Shown here: in pieces, positions 46,026 through 59,282 of the stretch
Numbering within the stretch: the first letter of the stretch is position 1
How the letters are laid out: each line of letters starts with the position of its first letter
Origin: Phoronis australis
Lineage: Eukaryota > Animalia > Phoronida
Length of the DNA stretch: 64,000 nucleotides
Assembly (NCBI GenBank): GCA_002633005.1
Contig: NMRA01000471.1
Location: 244,386-308,385 of the forward strand
Direction: 5' to 3'
Translations under genes and position numbers: made by a program
Notes under the pieces: generated by a model
Database searches by the model: none
What the model saw: only the letters and a program-made list of their open reading frames with translations
Told to the model about the DNA's origin: nothing

Positions 46026-47461
46026 ACATCAATATGTGGGCACATAAAAAATTAACTTTGCGTCTGAATATTCAAATGACTTTCACATAGATTCCATGAC
46101 TGTACACCTGCTGTCCACCTTACATCAAATTGTTAGCTAGGGGCAAGTGATTAAAAAACAAAAAGGATTATCTCCTCCGTCAGTTTCCAATACCAAGGAG
46201 ACAAACGGCCCATTGCAGAGGTACAAAAATAACTGACTACGATTACTCTTGGTTGGAACATGTCTGGTGTATCCCACAGCAGATTTTACAACACATAGAT
46301 AACAAACAATTTGGCAATAATCAGATATGACATGCCTGCACCAGTTTTATGTTTGTTGTTTAGCGAAAAAAACTGGTTCTAGTTAAAATGTATATACGGT
46401 GTATCCGACTATTACCCACAATCGCGATGACATGATTTGGGTTCCCAACTAACTATTTTATCTACCATTGTGTCCTTGTGCCTATCGGAGTTGCGATTGA
46501 AGATACATAATTATGCTGATGTCATACAGTTTATATCTGTGTTTATATGTACGAATCTCATCAGCTACTTATTAGACACAGACTGGATAGTAGCCAGAAG
46601 TGTCTTATTTGAGATCTTGAGTGTAATAATTAAAATTGTGTCAGAACAAAATTTGCCTCGAGGAATGGCTGCAAATTACGTCATTTTGGATAAATTGAAC
46701 TTTGTACCACAAAATTCCTCTACAAAAATAAACGTCCAGTAAAGTTTCCAATGTATAACAATAATAATAATATAGATTAGAGATAACATGTGTTGTGAAG
46801 TTACAACATAAAACAGAATGAATGCGTCTTTTATATTTTTAATTCAACTCTAGGTTTTTACGCAAGATGCAACACGCATCGCAAATTCACGACAATGCGA
46901 GTAATTAAAAGAACACTTTTGAGGCAAAAATAAATTTCACATAAATGAACAGTAGCATGAAACCAAACCTCCAAGCACACTAACAGCTAGACCTATTGCA
47001 GATGAGACATCTCATTTAAATGGTAGACACCAGCTCTTATTTCAGTGAATAACCGGTAGACAACGGCAAGAATTGGTGATTTGTAATAAAATAAAAAACA
47101 ATGGATTTTGTTGTTTTATGGGTCTGGGCAAAGTAGATAACTTCAAGGAGTCTGACACAAACAACAATGACCACAAAAATGCGTTATTCGGACGGAAAAG
47201 AAACGTTGGTCCCTTTAATTGGAACCAGCCTTGTGAAAAATGGCAATTATTTTAACAAAATATTCCGTGCATGAAAAACGCATAGCCTCATGTGGTTGAT
47301 TTCAATATTTATGCAAAATAATGAGCACAAATGACATTACAATATACATATACTCTCAGTGTAATCTAGTAGTAGATAAGCTATTGAAGCCATTACTTAG
47401 AGACTCCACATGGTGATACAAGACCACAGGTCCATAACGTTGTGCTCATTTCTTCAGTTAA

Positions 47462-48880
47462 GGTTATCTCCAACCTTATTTAGTGGCCTCTATTCTAACT
47501 CGTATATCAAAAAAACTAAGCTTTGTCAACTAGTAAAAGTATATATTTTCTGAAAGAAAAATGATTAGCGAATATGAAAATACTTTTTGTATCAATGTAC
47601 CATTATTATTTTTACGTAAAAACCTTTTTTAAGTCAAAATTTTACTTTTAAGAAAGATACATTCATAGCAAAATAACCCCTCGGTCGATTTTAATGAAAC
47701 TTTTTTAAATGAAAACTTCACTCGTTACCTCAAAAATGCTGTTAGGAATTTTCGATTAGTCTTTTCATTTGGTTTCTATGACAAATCAACTCGCAAAACG
47801 TAAAGCAGCTTTGTAAAAAAACGGAAGTCGTATTTCGCAAAAGATGGGCCTTTATATCGAAAATCCTAACAGCGTTTTTGAAACTGATGACTAAATATTA
47901 AATCTGGAAAGCTTCAGCGAAATCCACCGAGCTGTTTTCGAGAACTCGTGTACCTAAGTTCAAATAAAGTCGATTTGCCGAAGCCGACAAAAAGCCGATT
48001 AAATTGGGACAAGTGAAAATCTCAAAGCCTTCGTTTAATTGTTCAGTGAAAACTTGTTTTCGGTTCACATAACCTTTACAAGCCTTAATTATGTTCGCTA
48101 ATTCAACATTCACTCGCAATGTCAACTGATTATGTAGTGCGTAATTAACTTAATTATCATTAAAACTTCTCACTACAGTTGCGTTCCCCAGCTAACTACT
48201 GCTGTTTGCGCCATTTGACCTACTTTATAAGTATATAGGTCACAGTTCATTGTTTACACATAGCCTGTACACGTCACGTGCTGGGAAACTGATACAAAAC
48301 TAAGTAAGAAATGGATAATAAAAATCGAATTGGTGGTTACAGCATGTCGTTAGCATGAGATCGAAACATTGAAATGTCAATTTATTAATTGAATGAAGGA
48401 ATTAGGGTAAGGATTAATCTCTTTTCACAACTTGCTGTGTTCATGACCACAGAGGATTGAGGCGACTGTAGCATTCGTTCTCAACGCCAACGGTCGTATG
48501 CATGTAGACGTACAACTCCCTTAGGATCAAAACTACGTTTTGTCTTTGTTTTCCTCGGCACCATTCTACCTTAAGTACATCTCGTTGACTCAATATTACA
48601 GCGATTTTGTGAATGAATGGACTGAGGGTATGCGAAGCTGTTCTGTACCTGGCAGATTTGATTTGATTGAAAGCCTTTAACCTTTGACCTCGGATAAATA
48701 GTAAACAAAATTCCATGCAGGTTGTGCAGTTCCAAGATGGTTCTATTAAATCTTTTTTCTCGCTACGTAGTATCTATTTTGTATTTGAAGTTCCTTGAGA
48801 ATGAAGGTAAGGTATTTTGCTAGACACAAGTGAAATATTGTAAAAATGGCCACTTTTTGTGAATAAGGTTGGAGATAACC
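47462..48880. mobile_element. non-autonomous Kolobok-like DNA transposon, 1419 bp
   Basis: Perfect 19-bp TIR ggttatctccaaccttatt, TTAA on both sides, GG...CC termini; no ORF. Confidence 0.88.
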
Positions 48881-50132
48881 TTAAATAAAAGACCAATGAC
48901 TGACAAGGTCCTGGTATAACTTTTGGCTATTCATATTCAGATTTCTGAATTTTGGCTCTAGTCAAAGACAAAAGGCAATAGTTCCTTTCAGCCAGAAACT
49001 GGTGCCTGGACAACAATAACACTCCTGACACTTGCCTCACAGAACTGTTTACCCACAGCACAGATCAAATAATGCTCAATTGAGAACCATTTGATGATTA
49101 CATAAAGTCATAGTACACAGCATGTAAATACTTTGTTTTCCATCATCCAACAGAAATAAACTTTTCTATCACGCAACTTAAAAGGCCAGCTTTATGCAAA
49201 CAGTTACCTCAAATCAATAGGGAATGTTTAACTCAACATCAGGAATCGATTAGTGAGACCTCAGGGACCCCCAGACACATAAGGGCATGCTCAGTCTTTC
49301 ATTCAGGACCATTACATGAACTTATACATTTCAGCTGTCCACTTTGGCAATACTGCAGTAACATGCAAGTTTTCAAAAATTCCATATACCATCTTCAGAT
49401 CTATTTTTAAAGGTCCTTTGACGTAAACCGCGAAGTTACTTGAATCATTCATGCCAGCTTCGGTAGTTAACGTCGCTGAAATAAATGGGAGGTCACGTTG
49501 TCACCATCGAAGTAATCGCAGGGTAGGACTGATGCATTACCTGCACACGATAAGATTTTGTTTTAATGTGAGAATTTATGTGTGCTAAATGACTTAAAAC
49601 TCAGTAGTCCTTGACAAAAAATATAAGCAACTATTAGTGACAATACTGCCCTAATTGCTGACGACAACAGTGGCCCCTGGTGACAACTTGACAGTTCATA
49701 CCGCACCGCAGTGCCAACACTCCGTTGTTAAATCCTTTTATTTACTGGTGCAGTTAGCTTCGATAAAGGACCAAGTTATCCACTAATAGTGACCGAACTC
49801 CCCAAAACATCGACGTGTCGACATTGGTACGAAAGCGCCTCAAGACACATGCGAATTCAGTTCTATTTCGCGGAGGTAGAAGATACTATGATTGACCAGG
49901 TTTTGAAAAGGTTATACTGATACCCACTTTATAAAAACTGAAAGGCCTAAGAAAAGAATTTGTGATGCCTGACCTTCACTTTTTGATGTCACCATAGCAA
50001 CTATGATGAATGTCAAAATAATTTTGCTGTAACAAGCATAAGAGTGCAACTGTGCCCCAATGATCAACATTGGGTGGAACTATTGCACCATCTCAGTTAT
50101 TGTGTTTCACAGTCTGTGTATCATAAACAGCT

Positions 50133-52477
50133 AAATCACAATCAAGGTCCATATTCGAGAGTTGACTGTGTTCAGGTCTCAAATATTTTTTTTTTTTTGG
50201 TCACTTACCAAATGCAAATGGAACCTCATATGCAAAGAGTTATTTAGTTGTGCAAATTAAAAAAAGGATCATCAAAATCGGACAATGTTTAAGAAATTTA
50301 TCCATGTTTTTGTCTATGAATTTCAAGCATTTTTAGCGTTACAAGTGGCCATTTGAAAAATTACAATTTTCAATTGTCAACTGTAGAAAAGAAATTTATT
50401 TTATTAATTAAGCAATTGCTTAGACATGACTGGGAATAACATGAGTCACTTTCAGAATCACTTTGATGAAGTTGTGCTTAATCATTGAGAAATGGTAGGG
50501 TTCATCATAAAACAGCCACTCCTTACGGAATTTGTAAATTCTGTGTTTCTAACCCTCACCTACTGTAAAGAAGGTTAAAACCTAAAGTTCACACTCTGTA
50601 ATAAAAAGAACTGCAGAATATGTTAGCCTAAGCAACACAGCAAATTATTCAATATCTAAACAAACCAAAAGTTTGGATATTGACTGGGTTCTGCTGTGTT
50701 GAAAATGGGCCCAAAAGGCTAACAAAATGTAGTGTACGTACGGTTACCCCCATGTGAATTTCAGTAACACAAATGGTCATTGCAAATGAAATTATTGCCT
50801 TTTAAATAACAACATGGTGCTTAATATTATCAAAGAAAAATAAATGGCCATACAACATTATGTTACCATGTGATGCAGAAACAGTGATGTAGTGTACCTA
50901 CCCCCATGTTTACAAATGCCATGAAATTTAATTATCACTTGGTAAGTGAGCAACATTGGTCATAGACAGTTTCCTTCCTTAAAAATGTTAGGTTAAAATG
51001 GTGTTTATTGCAAATACATTTGTTTTGAGTGAAATATTAGCATTTGTGTAGTGTACGTACCCCTATATTTTAATTTGTGCCTATTTTCAAAGTATGGCAG
51101 ATACGCACATGGACACTGTGTTCTTTATTTTTTCCCTTTGAATTGATTAGTAAATCAACTCTCAGTAGGTTCTTAGTATATAGTTACAAACTTGACATGT
51201 CATTGAAATATAGTGTACGTACCCCTGCGTACCCGATGTGAACAAATACCATGAAACAAAAACATTACACAGTAAGTAAGCAACACTTGTCAGACAGTTT
51301 CCTCCTTTAAAAATGCTGTTAAAAGGGTGTTCATTACAAATACATTTGTTTCGAGTGAAATATTAGCATTAGTGTAGTGTACGTACCCCTACAATATAAC
51401 ATGTTCCTGTTTTCAAATAATGACAGATAATATGCACATGTATGCAGAACTTATTATTTGTTCTCTTTGAATAGATTTGGTAAATGAACTAACTCTCAGA
51501 AGATTCTAAGTATTTTTTTATAAATCTGACAGGTCATTGAAATGTAATGTACGTACCCCTGTGTAGTGTACGTACCTTCAACCTCTGTGCTATAAAGTAT
51601 TGCCCACAAGTATTTTTACATACTGCTAGAACTGCTGTTCTCATGAACAATACTGATATTTCCAAAATGAATCCAGTCTGACAAAAATAAACAATGGACA
51701 TTATTAAATTTGTGGGCAATAAAATGCCACACAGGATTTGGCTAGTAACATCCTAGAAGACATGTCATGTGACAACTGATGTTGCAGAGGCAGGTTCTCT
51801 ATCTCTCAAGACAACTTGCAACAAACCAACGAGTAGAGGAAGCACAAAACTCGAGACCATCCCACACATTTGTAAATTAGTTAAAATTTGACGTTGATTG
51901 ACTGTGCGTAGTGTACATACCCCCCTAAACAGTAACATTTTTACTGTTTACAAGTGGAACACTGGTCCTAGCATTGCTTTAACTATTTTGACCAACTGGT
52001 GAATGTATCGAAAACTAAGCAAATACCACCAAAAAAGTTTTAGAAAAAAGTACATTCCCGTACTTGTCATTTTCTTTTTGTAAGAATCACATTGCAAGAG
52101 AAGAAATTCTCCTTATACTGTGTTAAGATATGCAATGTATCATCATCTAGAACAACTTGATCAGCACAGTAATAACTTTTCTTACTCAAGTATGTGATAC
52201 TACTTCAATTTGCTCAAGAACTTATTAAAGTAACAGCTACCTTATGAATTTTTGCATGATAGAAGTGGGCTGTGACCACAATTTGTAGTGTACTACCCTT
52301 GTATACAACTGTGATGCACTAGGCCATAAAATTTTATTCAGTGGTTCTTGTGCAAAAATATTTTAGATTACAAACCTGGAATGATGGTACTTTAAAATAA
52401 CCCAGCTTTTACAGTTATACGACAACCTTCATTTTTCACCAAAAGTGGCCACCGAATATGGACCTTGATTGTGATTT
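50133..52477. mobile_element. non-autonomous TIR element of about 2.35 kb, superfamily uncertain
   Basis: Perfect 25-bp inverted repeat aaatcacaatcaaggtccatattcg (50133-50157 / 52453-52477); about 9 internal tagtgtacgtaccc motifs. Confidence 0.8.
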
Positions 52478-53993
52478 GCCCGAAACAGTTAACAATTACA
52501 AAACTTCAAAGTTGTTATATGGGGCTTGAAACTGCCCATACTCGTGAAGCTGTTGTCAGTCATATTGGAACAGCACCTGAAGATGAATGAATTTATTGCA
52601 ACCGTGTTCAAGATGAATGCATCAGTCATCATATTTGTTGTCAGTAGTTTTGTAACTCACCACCTGAAGATGATTCATTATGATACCGGAATGGAATTTA
52701 TCACGTTTATTCATAATATGAACAGCATCAAGCTAGTGTTTATTCAGAAGGATTAAATCGACTTTCAAGTTTGTACTCTAGAGTTTCTTCAGCTTGTGAC
52801 TAGCAAGGCACAACTTTGGCATTTTTGCTTGAATTTCAGGAAACTATGAATGATCTCATTTCTTTCCATGTCCCATATGTCAGGGTGTGGAAACAATTGT
52901 ATAGCCACACCAATAAATTCCACCTTCAATCCCCTAAACCCTAGTCACATACCAGCAAACCCCAAAACCACAGTACAAATTCTGCACCCATGTCCTTAGA
53001 CACTACACGCACCAAAATACACCATATTCGGGCACCCAATTCCAGTCTCTAACCATGGGGTGCATAGCTAGAATTCAGAAGCACGGAGATGGATTCCTTT
53101 CTAACCAATCACATTGCAGCTGGCATGTTTTTTGATTTGCTGGTCAACAATGGGGTTGGTAAGATTCAGTCATCAGTGATGTTTTTTTTCTATTCTCATT
53201 TGTATTCTTCCAACTGGTAATTAGTACGTCCCAACCTGTATTTTTGTGCATCCCTTCATACAAAATCAGATGGTGTACGACAACAAACATTTGAATCACA
53301 ATATTAAAATTGCACAAAAATGGCGAATTATGGCAGCCTAGAGTCACATCACAAAATTGACGCACTTTTATGGAATACGATGTAGCCATTTTCTGCGTTG
53401 TGCAAGACAACTTTTAAAATGTTGCCATGGTGTGATAATTGGACTGAAATGTCTAGGATACTGTACCACTTAATCTATTAACAATCCTTATTCTACAGAC
53501 AAGCTCAGTTTATTTGATTTTGTTTTGTGACACGCCATCAGATGGTGCTGCAAGTAAATATACCATACATGACACTTTTTCATTTGTTAAATATTTCAAT
53601 TCTTTACTATGGATTATTTTTAGACTGAAGGTTTAGGGAATCGACACCAAGGATTACTTTCAACCCCCTGACATGGAACACTGTGAGAAATGAGGTTAGG
53701 TTGAAACTTAACAAAATTCTTGAGAGTATTTTATGTTAAACATTATTCAGGTGGGTTAAAAATATGAAACTAGAATTGGGTCTTTTACGCTAATAAAATC
53801 TGTCTCACAAATTCATAGTAATGACAGGTTTTCGTTCCCGTTACCAACTCCAGTAATAAGCAATGCGTACATGCAACATTTTCAAACTCGCAACTATGAG
53901 GAGAACCAACCTGAATATCAAGTAGACCTAAGTGATAACTAAGAATTAGTTCATGAAATACAACATTACAGTGAATTCTCCAACAAAACATGA

Positions 53994-54112
53994 AGTCTCA
54001 GTGTTTACTGACAGTCACAGCTTGCTCAGTCACTAAGTCTCAGTGTTCACTGAGTCACAGCCTGCTCAGTCACTACGTCTCAAGTGTTCACTGACAGCCA
54101 CAGCTTGCTCAC
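53994..54112 (-). repeat. roughly 42-bp tandem repeat (about 3 copies) starting at a - strand donor
   Basis: agtctcagtgttcactgacagtcacagcttgctca repeated, ending at gctcac|cttg. Confidence 0.8.
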
Positions 54113-54158
54113 CTTGAATTTCCCACCATTGTCCTATTTATTTCCATCCAATAGCATG
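54113..54158 (-). other. candidate stathmin 5'UTR exon (46 nt)
   Basis: aaacag| acceptor (weak) and caag|gtgagc donor (strong); lies between the putative promoter and the ATG exon. Confidence 0.4.
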
Positions 54159-55390
54159 CTGTTTTGAAAACACCATTTTGCAAGGTTTATTTATTATTGC
54201 TTGGCAGTGACCTCTTGGTTGTGTAAACAATGACATGCTTCTGGAGGACCACTCTATGTAAAAAACTCTGATAATAACTATATGAGAGAGGGAGATACAG
54301 AAGAAAGGACAAGGAACACCAAGTACTTCAAACTCTAAGCTAACTAATGTGTTTCAAAACTAAGAAATCTGTATAAGTTTAAGGTTGTATGGTAAAAAAG
54401 CTCATAATTTGCAAAAATGCAACTATAGATATAAAGACTTTCTTTTTGAGACAGCAACAGTGCTGGCCCAGTGCAGACATTGATACTGTCTACCTTAAAT
54501 AACAATTTTCTCATACAGACACAGAACAAGCCTTTGGATACCAACATTTTCTTGCACTTATTTGTTACGGGGGGGGTACTCCTAGACAGGTACACACACA
54601 AAATGTCACTCATAAGGCCAACTTACACAACCCGTTTCCCTACCAAAGAGCAGTTTTACCAACTAAGTTCACAAGGAAAGGGTGCCTTTCCTGCCTTTTG
54701 AAAGGGTCATTATAGGTTTAATATGGAATAGTACTCAGTAGGCCTATAAACCCCTGGCCATGCACAGCCAATGCCTGGTCTTTCATGAACATGGCAAAAC
54801 TAAAAGCCAAAGGCGACATTCTCGTGGAATCTCCCTACTACTGGGTCATTTTTTTCAAGTTCACACCCTAAACAAGTAGGCATCCTAACTTTTCAGCAGC
54901 ACCTCTCACGAAAATGTAATGGAAAGCACACCCCCCCCCCCCCNCCCCCCCCGTTTGGTGTCATTGTCATCAGCCCGCATTTGGCTATGCTCCAAGAATG
55001 AGGTGTTCGTTGTTGCTCTCGGCTGATGAATTTGTTTTGGCAAGACCATGACATAGGTCTAAATAATGACCAAGAATTCTATGGTAACAAAGAATAATCA
55101 AAGTTATACGTTAATTTAATATTTAATTAATTTCCCGACAACGATGGTGTTCCTACCTAAGCCTACTAAAGTCTGAGGCCGCGGTGGTCGGTCGGCGGGA
55201 TGACATAAAAGTTACAGTACCCAAATACCACTTCAGTCGTGACAGCCTCAATAAAGAGTCTTTTCTTCAGCAAAGATAAATGCAACGGACAAGAAGCACT
55301 CAGCGCATTCAAAAAACACAAAGGCATGGTTACATCATAGCAAAATATGTAGCATTTACGCTTACAACTAAAAACGTGCCGTTGACTTAC

Positions 55391-55570
55391 CCGCTTCTCA
55401 CTTCGACGGCTGCTTGGTGCACGTGATTGAACGCAAATAATTCATTGGCTTAAAGCGGGACAAGTGCCGTCTTTTGACAGACATCTGCACTAAGTTTCTA
55501 AACCGAACGCGCGCTCACAAATGAAAAACGCCGAAACGACCGTTTTGACGGCGGCGTACAGTCTATTTCC
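55391..55570 (-). promoter_or_regulatory. putative stathmin promoter and first non-coding exon (donor after 55391)
   Basis: Locally CpG-rich; perfect donor cgg|gtaagt; CACGTG E-box near 55420; CCAAT box (agccaatg on the - strand) near 55443-55450. Confidence 0.5.
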
Positions 55571-57423
55571 ATTAGAAACACAAATACAAGTAAAAGTATT
55601 ATATGTTAATAAGGATAGAGGTCGATTGTCCCAAGGGCCACTGGTCCTTAAAACCTTAGTTTATTAAAAAAAAATAAAATCTTTATAATCCCTCTTGGTC
55701 ATTGCAGGGCCAGGCGCGGCATTAGTCCAAAGGGCCATTGGTTCGTAGGGTCGTCAGCATCTGTGAGATTCAAAAGAAGATCAAATGCCATTTATTTTGA
55801 TAAATAAATGTATAACAATTTTTAATTTTTTACGGTATAGGACTGAATAAACATTCTGCTTGAAGCGGCCTAGTACCCGGTACCAATTTGTTACGCCGGG
55901 TCAGGCATGTCTGATGTCGAAAAATAACGAAATTCAGCCGACCCGCCGCCAGACAAGAAATTCACTGTAAGATGTGAAAATGGAAGCAAGGTAAGGACAA
56001 ATTTTTAACTAGAACTAATTATCATGCCACACTGACTACCAAACGGCCCACGGGACACCGGAGATCAAAACGATCTTCGAGGTACACAAAAAAAAAATCC
56101 ATGTGGTCCAGTACATACCAGTGGTCTCAAAAATTTGATTATGCAAAATATACGCTAGATGGTGCTCGACAGGAACCCCAAAACACAGGAAAACTTTTGA
56201 AATTTCAGTGTCCCCCAGAAACCCGAAGCAAAAACCTCAGTCCCGGCCATTTGGCGAAGTGGGCAAAAACCATGACACTGTCCCCTCAGAGAAACAAAAA
56301 TGTCCGAGAAAATGATGAAAACCCACAAGAAGTCGGCGCGAATGCACAATGGATTTGAACGTAGTACCTCGTTTTTTTCAGTAAAAGGTCCACATACTGA
56401 GAAATTTGAGCACCCTACTGTAGGCTGGGGTTACTTCATGCACAGGTGTTGTGATCAGACACGTGACATTTGTTGTGTCAAACAGTATTTTTGTGGTACC
56501 TCTGATGTTTGAGTTAACTCGTTTTTAAAGAATCCTTTTGGGTTTCTGGCGTGCCCCTTCCAGAGAGCAAGTTTTTACCATGGATCATTCATTGCTCAGT
56601 GTACAGCGCACTTTGAATCAGTTTTGGCCGGTATCGGCCTAGAATACCGACCTAGCTCATATCTTCAAGAGCATTTCGTGGGTAATATTTTGCATGGAGT
56701 GGTCTCTTGTGATCCTAACTCAGAAGATATTTTATCTGTGACAGACCATTGGCATGTACTGTCATATGAAATTGTTTTATGTAGTACCTCGAATGTTCAG
56801 TTTCTATGGTTTTTTGTGTTTCTGACTGCCAACTGAACCTTTACAAAATATTAATTTGTTTGTCATTGGTGTCAAGGGTCAAGCGGCTGCTCAAGTGACA
56901 CCATGAGTATTTTAAACGGTTTCGGCGGCAGTACCACGAATCTAGTACTTTTCAACGCCCTTATAAGGTACTCAGGGACCTCTGACACACAGTGCAGACA
57001 CCGGCAGGCATCCATTTCTGGATGTATTGGAGGAACACTCTAGTATAGTGCTCCTGTGGTCAATCAATGTTGAATTTAGGGGTTTATTTATCTTGAAGAA
57101 AAGTTTGTAAAAAATAAAGTTCACTTGAAAAAGGACTGCACCATCGAAATGGAATTTGTGACAGCGACCGTAACTGCGTTCGTGTCAACGATATTTCACA
57201 GTCAACCTTCTTTCAAACCTAAAACCCATTCAGTTCAGCTATTAAAATTGAAGAAATTAATATTCGCAAGAGTAAAAGGCTATTAAAGTGTCAACTACGT
57301 TATCTTCAGGAACCTCCGACACGGCAGAAACTGAACTTTGAGTAGCAGATATATGGAAAAAGGTTTATCTCCGCGAATCACACTAGAAATAAAAATAAAA
57401 ACAAAACAAAACAAAAAAAGACG

Positions 57424-57536
57424 TTCACGCGACCGTACATTCACGCGACCGTACATTCACGCGACCGTACATTCACGCGACCGTACATTCACGCGACCGT
57501 ACATTCACGCGACCGTACATTCACGCGACCGTACAC
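57424..57536. repeat. 16-bp CpG-rich minisatellite, 7 copies
   Basis: ttcacgcgaccgtaca x7, perfect. Confidence 0.95.
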
Positions 57537-59116
57537 AACTTTCATGTGTGATTACATTACATTTCTGCGAGTCATCTAAGATTTTTAAAATACATCGACT
57601 GAGCCGGCTTCTAGTTCAACTGCCGGAGACGCCGAAAGTCGCCCACTCAGGAAAACGTTTAGGCGGATCGAACTATCTGACGGGGATCGGGCTTTGGCCC
57701 CTTTGCCCCTACCACTGAAATCCGCCACTACAAAGACTTAGGCACACAAATCTGGCACTCAGACTATCACAGACTAGTTTGGTTTACACCCGGCCGCCGG
57801 ATAACGGGTCCTCCCGCTCAGTCACACGGCAACTCATGGACAAAGAATAAATTGACATAAGAAATCCTTTCAACAGTCCCGGAGTTTTGTTCTCACGTGA
57901 GAAAGGAAGCTTTTGCAGAGTTTCCATACCCCTTTCGAACATCATGGCTTCAAAAAACTTTTGAAAGTGTTACTGAGTAACAATTCACATGAGATAGAGA
58001 ATAATTGAACTGCTATCCAGTAACACTTTTATATTCAAAGCAATTTCCGAAATTGTACGTTGCTTGAAATGCTTAAGGAGTTTCTGCGCTCATCCGAGTT
58101 TCCCTTCCAAGATTGCGTTCAGTCATATATATACAAAACACTGCCGAGAAAAAATTGTAGATTTCGATCGTTACGCAATACCTTGCTAGTGCTTGCGGGC
58201 ACTTGCATCACAACGCAGGTTTTGTTTACCAGTCGCTTGAAGCGACATCTATTGACGAAACATAAAGGTATCTCGAAGCTCAACAACGATTATGGCGGAG
58301 GAGGATTTCCCTCTCCATCGGAGTGTTTTTAATGACGATTTGAAGACAGTTTCTTCGCTTTTGAGAACTCATGATGTCAGTCAAAAAGATTTGCACGGTA
58401 AGGCATCGAACCTCTGAAATCATGGGAACTCTCAGATTTCAGTAACTGTGATAAAATTCGATCGGAACATATTGACAACTAGATCGTTCTGACTTAGCCT
58501 ACTCAACATTGGCAATGATTGAAAGTTACGAGAAACATCGACGAACGAATTTTGGAGACCAGAGCTCGATTTTGAGTTCACGCGTTGTTGACAATCACAC
58601 TTTTGCCTCTGAATTATTGAGGAGGTGTTCCTTAAACTAAAAGCATCATCAATTGGCCGGGATACACCCTGCGACAGAGGAACTGTGAGGACAATATACG
58701 GCAATGTCATACACTTCATTGACCCTGAATCTCTAGTACTTAGCCCTACCCTTTCCCACTGATACGAGGGGTAGGCCTAGCACTGTGACAGGGTCATGTT
58801 TTCATGACTTTTGGCTTTTAATTTGTTAATATAGAACTCAGTTACTTGGAAATTCTAATTGGCTGGAAAATACAGTTATAAATAGACAGTGACCACCGTC
58901 TCTAGCTGGCCAGTTGAGACAGTGAAGCTCCTACATTAAAGTCACGTTGTTGTAATAATGTAATATCATTTGCACATGGAGAGACACTTTTGGAGGCCAT
59001 TGGTGTCTTTATTTCCTTCCAACTCAAACACACGTAGTCCTGTAATCAAACTGTTTCTTCGAGCAGTCCTTTGTTCAGTTGCCCAAATCGGCCATTTTTA
59101 ACGCTGCGCGCCAGGT

Positions 59117-59282
59117 CAGTGGCGGATTTAGAGGGGGGGGGGNNNNNNNNNNGGGACCATGCCCCCCTAAAATTCTCCTAGATTCTGTTTGGAAAATCGG
59201 GGTTGCGAATATCCGACAGGAAAAATCCTGGCTAATACTTTGTCTTGGACCCCCCTAACTCAAAATGCTGGATCTGCCCCTG
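59117..59282. mobile_element. hAT-like MITE with 5-bp TSD
   Basis: CAGGT|cagtggcggattt ... ggatctgcccctg|CAGGT; contains an N gap. Confidence 0.8.
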
